From IMG/VR virus record IMGVR_UViG_3300032053_000047, positions 8,990 through 72,989 of that record: 64,000 bases of DNA. One strand, given 5' to 3'. A program made the position numbers and the translations under genes. Origin of the DNA: a virus. The notes under the pieces are model-generated. The model did not search any database, was not told the DNA's origin, and saw only the letters and a program-made list of their open reading frames with translations. This document shows, in pieces, positions 55,331 to 64,000 of the stretch (position 1 is its first letter; each line of letters opens with the position of its first letter).

Positions 55331-55697
55331 ACGCATGACAGCCGCCGAATATCGCGCCCTACCAAAAGCACGGGGCAATAAGTACCACGCACGAGGCGAA
55401 TACTATAAGGCCGTGTGGTTCCCATCACAATTAGAGTTAAAGTTTTATCAACTCTGCGAACTGCGGCAACAGGTCCGTGATATTTCTAACCTCGAAATAC
55501 ACCCGAAGTTTTGGTTAGATGCAATGGACTGCTGGTACGTAGCTGATGTTGGATTCCGGGAGTGTAGCAAAACTGTAATCGTTGACGTGAAAAGTAAACC
55601 GACAATGACGGCGCTATGGCAAGCGAAGTGGAAGGCGGCAAAGAAACAATACCCACAATATGAATGGCGGGTGGTGACAAGGAAGGATATCGGATGA
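55320..55697 (+). CDS. DUF1064-like PD-(D/E)XK endonuclease
   Basis: NKYHA, FPSQLE, LEIHPKF, YVAD, IVDVKS. Confidence 0.8.
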   Translation: MPTERMTAAEYRALPKARGNKYHARGEYYKAVWFPSQLELKFYQLCELRQQVRDISNLEIHPKFWLDAMDCWYVADVGFRECSKTVIVDVKSKPTMTALWQAKWKAAKKQYPQYEWRVVTRKDIG

Positions 55698-56173
55698 TCC
55701 AGATTGCATATGTGGTAGAAGAACAACTTCCATGTGAACCCGGCGCGGAACTGTGCGGGGCGTGTGATGTCAGAATCAATCATGCAGTTTGTGAACGCTT
55801 TGGTGAGTTAGTGAATCACAGAGATGATTCATGGGAACTTGACCGCCGTTGTCCCGCGTGTCTACGTGCGGAGAGGCGGGCGGTACTGCGGGCGCGGTTT
55901 GTGGAACAAAAGGAGCAGAAATGAAACAGTGTTCGACGTGCGCCCATTGGATAGCTATAACGAGCGGTTGTTCGTTGATTCGCGGGTTTAAAACTTTCGC
56001 TACGGATGGCTCAGAATGCCGCGGGTGGAAAGAAAAAGAAAAGGAACAAGAGACATGAACATCCTAATAATCTCGGTAGTATTGCTCGGGATATCAACGG
56101 CGTTTCTTGCATTGGCCTTCTACAGGCTTAACAAGAATTACGGACTGGGTGCGGCGTGCGGGAAATATAAGGC

Positions 56174-56203
56174 TTGACAACGCGGATAGAAAGGAGTTAA
56201 GAT
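56174..56203 (+). promoter_or_regulatory. Possible internal promoter
   Basis: TTGACA-N18-TAAGAT, same hexamers as the Cro promoter. Confidence 0.4.
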
Positions 56204-56212
56204 AATCTTGCC

Positions 56213-56638
56213 ATGAAGATCGCTACATGCTACAATAACCTTGACGGTCACAAAACGGTGAAGGACGCCCCTGGCGATCTTCATGGCAACCGCGGCGTGG
56301 CCGTCGCTGTTTGCGCCCGCTGCGAACGCACCCTGCCCATCACCGATTTCCCCTACATGGTCAAAGGCAAACAACCGCCCGATTCGCCACGGCAGGACGT
56401 GTGCCGGAAATGCAGGGCTGTTCTACATAGCCGCGCTTATGGACGGCAACAACGTGCCGAATATTTTGACGCGCGGTGCATGGATTACAAACGCCATGGG
56501 CGGCGTGACCAACAAGCGTTTCGGTGGAAACTTACACAACCGCAACGGCGCGAGATCGAACTTATGGAGGAACTAATGGATGTACGCGGGATGACTGATC
56601 CGCTATGGCTGGACCTGTGCGAAGGGGTAGCGGTATGA
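56213..56638 (+). CDS. Zn-finger protein
   Basis: CARC...F...CRKC. Confidence 0.55.
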   Translation: MKIATCYNNLDGHKTVKDAPGDLHGNRGVAVAVCARCERTLPITDFPYMVKGKQPPDSPRQDVCRKCRAVLHSRAYGRQQRAEYFDARCMDYKRHGRRDQQAFRWKLTQPQRREIELMEELMDVRGMTDPLWLDLCEGVAV

Positions 56639-56754
56639 CACGCAGGACGCCGTGGACAATCATAGCCGTGGCCGTGTGGCTGTTCGTGGTGCTGGCCCCG
56701 GCGCTGGCAAGGACGTTATGAACAACAGCGGCCTATGCCGCAAGGAGACCTGAC

Positions 56755-59700
56755 ATGTATATGGTTATCAGCGATGGCGGGAATGCGTTCAAACTGCCAT
56801 GCGGTATTGATGAACAACCTGAATATGATTGTCCATCACCGGGTATATTAACGCCGTTCGATATTTGTCCCAAAAATCGAATCGCTCTGTTTGCAGAACG
56901 GACGGATGCGATGAACGCGATCCGCATTGCACACGATTATAACCGCCTATGGTATCCGGCAGATGGGCAAGAACCGTACAAAATAGTGCGCGCTGAAGTC
57001 GTGCGCGAGGAGGAATGACATGGGAAAGTCTGTATCGATTAATTCGGAAGTGCTGGCTGAGATTCTGCGCACACATTCGCCAGCCTGTTGTCTCGTGGCC
57101 ACTGGTATTATCGCCGCTGCTGGCTGCGACGAGAAGGGCGAGGTCGCGCCGCTGACGGTAGGCGAAATTCAAGTAGTGATTGACGAGACGAGATCGCAAA
57201 CTTGGCCAGTACGCAAGATTTCTGACGGGGAATCGCTGAGTGATCGTGAATGGGTGCTGGCCACCCCCGCCGAACTCGTCCGTCTACGCAAGGAGCTTGG
57301 CGTGCCGGAACCGCAACGGACATGCGCGACATGCAGCAAGAGAGACGCCCACTGTGCGCCGCTGAACGGCGTTGTATGCGACATGTGGGAGGCCGCGCCA
57401 TGACTGATAGAAGGATACAATATGAGTAATCCAATCGACGATAACGCCCGTGCCACCGATGAGAAAAATCAAGACACACTTGCGCGGGTCAACAAACACC
57501 TCAATGAGTTTAGACGTATGCACCAGTATAGCCTAGAACGGGCTAATCTGCTAGATGCCTACAACGCTATGCTGGAGAAAGTGAGGCGCGGCCATGACTG
57601 ACATCGAACTCCAAGAACGCGCCGAGTGGCTGTATAAAGAGCACGGGGAGAAGTGTATTGAGTTTCTTGACTGGGAATTGTCACCTCCAAGCCATAAAGG
57701 AGGCCCATTGCCTCAACGGTTTGAAAAACTAGGATCAGACATAGATCAGGTATGCCAAGGTTTCTCAATGAATTGGAAACGTATCATTTTCCACGCCGCC
57801 CTGCTTGCCGCCCAGCACGAGGTTGTTAGCAAATGTATGAACGGGGTTCCAGCTATTTGTTCCGCACACCAAATGCCTAATGCCGCCTGTGATACTTGTA
57901 ATCCAGCGATTAGAGAGGCCCGTGCGGACGAGCGGGGGATGATTCAATCTGCACTGGCAGATGTTAAAGAGGAAGCCACGTTAAAGGAGCGGGAACGGTG
58001 GGAAAAGATAATCGAAGACGAACTAAGTAGGATTAAATCATGTAGCTGTGTCCAATGTGAAGAGATAAGGATCGTTCTGAACCACGTACTTACAAAAGCT
58101 GAAAAATTCAACGCCATCCACAACCCGCCCGCCGGAGACAACGCCAAATGAACACATGCGATGAACACCGAAATACTATAGTAGTGCATCAGGCGCAGAA
58201 CTGTCCGCTGTGCGATGAAATTGATGCACGTCAAAAAGCTGAACTTGAAGTTGATGATCTACGGGCGCGTGTCGAAATTCTTGAAAGGGAACTCAAGGAT
58301 GCTCACGGGGGATAACGTCAATGCCTAGAAATGAAATTCACAACCCGCCCGCCGAAACGGAGAAGGAACAAAACGATGAATAAAACTGACTGGTTAGCCA
58401 TTCTTGGACTCATTGGGTGTGTGCTACTCGTTGTCGAAATACAACTGTACATTCTCTACAAAGGGCTTTTAGGTCTTATGAAGGCTCTAATAGGAGATAA
58501 GCCCGATGTCGAATAACCCGATGACCCCTCGGCGCCTGGCGGAAATCAAGGCGCGGTACGATGCTGTACCAAAAGGTGTATGGGCGTGGCGCGTCAACCG
58601 CGCAACAAAGCATGTCTCACTTGAGGCGGGATGGGATACCGTGATGCAGTTCGTGCGATGGGGTATGCAGAGTGCAACAGTCAGATTCCCCGTAGGGGGC
58701 ATTATGGAGGCAGCGCAAGATTTGGTTAAGCCACATCTAGGCGAGAACCATCATTTTCACTGGAACGCTGACATCGACCACCCAGTAGCGCAGTTTATCA
58801 CCCACGCCCACGCCGACGTTCCCGACCTCTACGCTGAAGTCGAGCGGCTACAGGCGGAGGTCGAACGGTTTGATGTGCGAAAGCAGGAAATGAACGATGC
58901 CGCCGAAAAGCACGCACCAAAGGAATACCAGCGTGGTCTTGATGAGGGATCTTCTTGTCAGGCAATCCTTGAAATTCAAGGCCGCGAAAGGTTTATGAAT
59001 TCTCTCACTGAAAAGGAGATCAAGACACATGCTGATAGTGCAGCCAAGGAGCAGATCGAGCGGCTAGAAGCGCGGGTGGCGGAGTTGGAGAAGGAAACAA
59101 CGGAGGTCGTCCGGGGATGCAGCAGCAGAAGTGCGGCCACGATGCCGCTGGTAACACTAAAGGAGACCCTCGATGCCTGATGCGACGCCGTTTAGTAACG
59201 AAGAACTTGCAAAATTCATCGGCAAATTCAAACATGATTCGCCATGCGAATGTGCAAGATGCCGCTTCCTCGCCACCCTCGACGCCGCGAACAAGCGGAT
59301 CGCGGAACTGGAGCGTCACAACGCCCCACGCTATGTCACTGGAACGTGGATATGCCCGGTGTGCGAGACGTCGGCGGCGAAGTCCGGCTGCCTGTGCTAC
59401 GAGTGCGCGGGGAAGCGCATTGCAGAACTGGACAAGTGGCGTCTGGCAGTAGAAAACCTAACGCCAGGCGGTAGCGAATATCACAATGATCTAGAACAGT
59501 GTCTGAACGCGATCAACTATAAGATTTATGACGGTCCGCAGGCGTTTAGAAAAGTGTTATTTGATAAATTAGAGAGGGCCAATAAGCGCATCGCGGAAGT
59601 AGAAGCCGAAATAGACAGACAGTATGGTGTAATTCATGGAATGCACGGTGAATATCAACAGATATGGCTTGAAAAAGACAAACGCATCGCGGAACTGACG

Positions 59701-61101
59701 CGACTGCTGGCGGCATACAGACTACGGGATGCTGGCGTCCTAGAAGGGGTGCCAGACGTATATACGGAGGCTTGCAAAATCCTTGATGAGATTGACCCAG
59801 CCGATGACTGGCCTATTATCGAAGAATTGCTTGCCATCGCGCGAGCAGAGACCCCGAACGCGGGCGGAGAGGAGAAGTGAGAATTTCAGCGGCGGCAATA
59901 CGCATAGCGGACGGCACAGTCCATACCGGCAAATCACACGCAGAGATTATTCTTTCATTGGCTAAAGGATGTTGTAAATTCTCAAACTTAACCCAAGGAT
60001 TTGTAACTGATACGGGCGAGTTCTTAACGCGCAGCGAAGCCGCAAAGATTGCCTATGAAGCAGGGCAAATTTCAGAACCGGCAGAGACTGTGTTGTCAGA
60101 AGATTTTAACCACTGGCGAGGAGAGGAGAAGCCATGAGCGTACAAGTATATCGAGCGAACTCACAATACCCGCCGCTGCCAAATAAGTATGCGGACGAGT
60201 CGGATGGGTGGGTTAAGTTGTGCGACTACACCGCCCTCAAGACCCGCTGCCAGCAGGCGGAACAGGAACGGAACGATATGCGCGAGGGCCGAGTTGCTGC
60301 GTGTGAGGACGAAAACATACTGCGGGTGCAGTATAACCGCTTGCGCGACACGCTCGTGCTGCTAGGGGAGCAGGCGAAATCCGCGCTAGACATCTACGAT
60401 AAGGAAATTATGGTTACGATGTTAAAGGCCGTCATCGCGGCGGCGGAAAAGCTACCCAATGTCTAGTCAAGAGCATGAAGCAAATGTATAACACGGATTA
60501 TCTGTCACAGTTTGAGAAGTTTGAACGAGACTTGCTGTCACAAAAGGAGAGACAAATGATGGGAACGTTTCACATTGATCGTGAATGCGATGCGGCTTTT
60601 ATCCGCCTAAATGACGCGCTGTGCTCATTTGAGCGTGCAACGAGCCGCGACTACACATTGATTCTGGTGCCTGAGACGCCAGATGAGAAGATTCAAATGT
60701 CACTAAGCGGTAAGCCCATTCCTAGTGATTTCGACCCTAAAGAAACCTTGGAAGCGGCGCTACAACGACGTGCGGCCAACGCCTAATCGCGGCGGCGGAA
60801 AAGGCGAAACCGTGACGTGCCAATGCCAAACCGAGCAGGATTTGAAACGGTTGGCGAAACGCGCCCGGAAAATTTACCGCGTCCGCAAAAGACGATTCAT
60901 CGGTTGGCGAACAACCGCGCAACTATACGCAGACGCGCTAGGCGAGCTTGTAGAAGCCGTCCATGCGGCGGAGAGAGGAGAGGCGTGATGCTTGGACTTG
61001 GGATCTCATTGTCGATAATGGGTGTAATCCTAGTCTTGGCGAGTATTTCTAGTGAACTATGCCGCATAGCCAACGCACTTGAGCGGAGAAAGGACAAGTG
61101 A
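56755..61101 (+). CDS. nin-like run of small hypothetical genes, including Ead/Ea22-like 58506-59180 and 59173-59880
   Basis: Dense coupled ORFs; LAEIKAR...FITHA..DVP.L.AEVERL and repeated KRIAEL. Confidence 0.55.
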
Positions 61102-61255
61102 TGAACCACAATCCCGAGCAACAGGCGTGTGCCCGCGCATACCTCGAGGCCCGCCAACGCGGCGTGAAACCGGACCCGTTGGACGTGTTGGATAAATGGA
61201 TGCGCGCCGTACTGGATGACGTACCGATGGAAAGGGAAACGAAAGGAGCGAATCC

Positions 61256-62041
61256 ATGATTTGCTTACAGTGTGGTTATGAGACGCAGGTGATCATGAAG
61301 GTGAGTGGCCTATGTCCAGATTGCGCCATAAGTGCCCTCCGCGCCGACAATGCACGGCTGACTGATGCGCTACAAAAGGCAAGTCACCTCTATACACAGC
61401 TTGAAGTCAAAGAATTTCATCTGACTGAGGAACTGGCGCAGGCGCAGCGGGAACGCGATGCGCTATCAGCCCAGCGAACGGCTGATGCACAATCGATCCA
61501 GGAGCTCCAGATTCAGGCATCACGTGACGTTGCGCGCCACAATATGGAGTTGTGTAATCAGCGTGACGTCGCCCGCGCCGAACTTGCCGCGGTCCAGCAG
61601 CGGCTTGACCACGTGCTCGCTGAGGTGCCGGGACTATGTGAACATGCCTACCGAGACGGGCAAACTCATGGCGAGAACCAGATCGACAGATGGACAGAAA
61701 GCCCCGCCTATGCCGACCTCCAAGCCCTACTCACCCTGTCCGCAGAGCCGAAGGAGGCTACGCGACAGCCCACGGAGGTGTTCCCGCCGAGCCATTACAT
61801 CCGCCAAGAGATGGACAAGCGCGGGTGGGGTAAGTTATGGATACTATCTCGGGAAACTGGACTGTCGCGCCTCACGCTAGAACTAATTTTGGAGAATCAT
61901 CCCGCTGTCCCGATCACCCCCGAGATCGCCGCCGCCCTTGGCCGCGCGTTCGGCACCTGCGCGGAAAGGTGGCTGAATTTTGACCGCCGGTGGCAGAAAC
62001 GGAAACAGGCGCCCGCGCAGGCGGAAGGAGAGGCGCCGTGA
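61256..62041 (+). CDS. Coiled-coil protein with a C-terminal HigA-like HTH
   Basis: EVFPPSHYIRQEMDKRGW...ITPEIAAALGRAFGTCAERWLNF. Confidence 0.7.
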   Translation: MICLQCGYETQVIMKVSGLCPDCAISALRADNARLTDALQKASHLYTQLEVKEFHLTEELAQAQRERDALSAQRTADAQSIQELQIQASRDVARHNMELCNQRDVARAELAAVQQRLDHVLAEVPGLCEHAYRDGQTHGENQIDRWTESPAYADLQALLTLSAEPKEATRQPTEVFPPSHYIRQEMDKRGWGKLWILSRETGLSRLTLELILENHPAVPITPEIAAALGRAFGTCAERWLNFDRRWQKRKQAPAQAEGEAP

Positions 62042-62625
62042 AGATCAAGCGGTACTGCACATGTGGCGGATACCAGACCGGAACAATCGTGCGGATGCCC
62101 CGGTTACAGGCCCAAGCGGATGCAATCTGGGCGGAACATACCGGACCCGGCCATGCCCCGTGTGACGCCAAGACCGCGACAAATGCGAGGCGTAACCAGG
62201 AGCGCCGCGCCGAGAGGGCGGAAGGAGAGGCGACGTGAATCAGGAACGTATAGATAATCTGTTAAGCGGTATCCTAAACGTTGCATTGGCCCTTAGAAGG
62301 ACAATCGAAAATGTCGAACCAGGCGAGTCCGTCAGAAAGTTGAGCGAGGAAGAATGGATCGAACTTTATAGACTCGTTGGGCTCCTTCAAAAGAACGTGC
62401 AACAGATTCAGCAGGAACAGGGGTTGCCATTATTAGTGGTCGAAACGGAGAAAGGGACGGTATGAAAACGTGTAAAGAATGCCAGTTCAAACCTGGCTGT
62501 TTCTGGCCACACGTCCCACCAGCGAGCATTTCATTTAACGGCCCGGAGTGGAATGTGCTTGAACGGATACTTGAACAACTGGCTATGGATGTGGCAGAGA
62601 GTTGCCCGCAGTATGAGGGAGCACC

Positions 62626-63144
62626 ATGATCCAGCCCGGCTTGTTTGACACCAACACGGCCGTCTTCAGCGAGGATCGGAGGTACCGCTACCTGCTAACT
62701 CGCCAGTGGGGGCCGAGCACATCGCACGTCCTGTTTATCATGTTGAACCCGAGCACGGCGGATGATGTTTCGGACGATCCGACTATCCGCAAGTGCATCG
62801 GGTTCGCCCGCGCATGGGGATACGACGGACTGAGCGTCTGCAATCTGTTTGCATACCGCGCCACATCGCCACAGACCATGAAGGCTGCGCCTGATCCGAT
62901 CGGGCCACGAAATGACTTACAGATTCTGCGAGCGGTAGAACGGGCAAAGATCATAGTTGCGGCATGGGGTACGCACGGGGATTTTATAAATAGGGCTTGT
63001 CACGTCTTGGGCTTAATCCGTCACCCAGTATGGTGTCTTGGAACCACGCAAACGGGAGCGCCGCGACACCCGCTGTATGTGCCTGCCGCGCAACCGCTGG
63101 TGTTGCTGAGAAAGCTGGTGTTGCTGAGAAAGGGCGCACTATGA
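62626..63144 (+). CDS. DUF1643 family protein
   Basis: YRYLLTRQW, FIMLNPSTAD..DDPTIRKC, NLFAYRAT, AAWG, PRHPLY. Confidence 0.92.
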   Translation: MIQPGLFDTNTAVFSEDRRYRYLLTRQWGPSTSHVLFIMLNPSTADDVSDDPTIRKCIGFARAWGYDGLSVCNLFAYRATSPQTMKAAPDPIGPRNDLQILRAVERAKIIVAAWGTHGDFINRACHVLGLIRHPVWCLGTTQTGAPRHPLYVPAAQPLVLLRKLVLLRKGAL

Positions 63145-63578
63145 ACCCCGTAGGCGTAGCCCAATCCGCCCCGGCTGTGCGCGGCCTGCTAGACGGCGGG
63201 ACCGTGCTGTGGGTGCCAGTCAGGTGCAAGAGCGCGAACATCAATGACTACGAAGGCCACTGGCATTGCGATTTCGGCAAGTGGTACTACGATTCAGTCC
63301 ACGGTTGCAGCGATCTCATCAAGCCGCCTGTACAGCCCGGCGACGTGGTGTGGGTGAAGGAGACGTGGTGCGAAATACCGTGGGAAGATGGCATGGGCAA
63401 ACGATCTACACGGGTTCTGTATCGGGCGACAGAGCCAGAACTATTTGACCGGACTGTTGGCGATAAATGGCGTTCCCCTGTCACCATGCCTCACTGGGCC
63501 GCGCGCATCGAGCGCACTGTCGTGACTATTGGCGTTGACCAGCGTGACGGGGTGTGGCAGTGGAGGATCAAGACGTGA
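63141..63578 (+). CDS. Conserved phage protein (ASCH/PUA-like)
   Basis: PGDVVWVKETW...YRA...WRSPVTMPHWAARI. Confidence 0.7.
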   Translation: MNPVGVAQSAPAVRGLLDGGTVLWVPVRCKSANINDYEGHWHCDFGKWYYDSVHGCSDLIKPPVQPGDVVWVKETWCEIPWEDGMGKRSTRVLYRATEPELFDRTVGDKWRSPVTMPHWAARIERTVVTIGVDQRDGVWQWRIKT

Positions 63579-64000
63579 TCCGATACCGCAAAAGAAAGAC
63601 GGCGCGGGTATTCTTTTCAACATCATGTGAGATTTTTGGCATCACTACTGACATTGAACCCGGCGACATCATTGTGGATATCAATGGAAAGATGTTCCGG
63701 TGTGAAAAACCGTCATCGTGGTGTAAGCGAAGCATCGGGGAACTCTACCCGCGCAGGATTAAGCCGCCGAAGCTTGGTATGAAGGCCACCCTTATAGATG
63801 GCGAAGCGTATTGGATTCAGGCGGAGGTAAAGGTATGAGCGCAACACAACGGCGGGCGAAACGCGAGGCGCGGGAAGCATATGAGCGGGCGCACCAAGAG
63901 CGGGTCGAGTGTGAGAGCGCGATCTTAGCGTCCTACCGCGGTAGCCTGGTTCCACGCCATCCACAACGGGTCATAAAAGCATTCTACCGCGCCCTACTTG

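Noticed and set aside
1-64000. Genome-wide TAG recoding
   Set aside because: TAG terminates several well-defined genes (16908, 17207, 29103, 40106) and no suppressor tRNA was seen

Overview
The window is most of the genome of a temperate, lambda-like long-tailed dsDNA phage in its excised (attP-intact) form. No terminase gene is visible. From left to right: (1) head module (portal, scaffold, major capsid, adaptor); (2) a ~6 kb block of glycosyltransferases, methyltransferases and a radical SAM enzyme; (3) a displaced minor capsid gene carrying an intein with a Vsr/DUF559-type endonuclease gene on the opposite strand; (4) tail module with a -1 frameshift chaperone; (5) lysis and late accessory genes; (6) an operon of small genes, most preceded by the same GCCC-GNRA-GGGC hairpin; (7) attP (3' end of a tRNA-Ser), tyrosine integrase and a CI/Cro switch; (8) a long early operon with a ~2 kb tRNA/ncRNA cluster, recombination and replication genes and a nin-like region. 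The strongest candidate for an unusual system is at 39321-40774: a stand-alone RAMP/Cas7-like gene flanked on both sides by non-coding arrays of GG(C/T)-NN pentamers, followed by a conserved partner gene. The arrays look like guide RNAs that use a gapped dinucleotide code rather than CRISPR spacers. All calls were made by eye from motifs; no database searches or folding programs were run.
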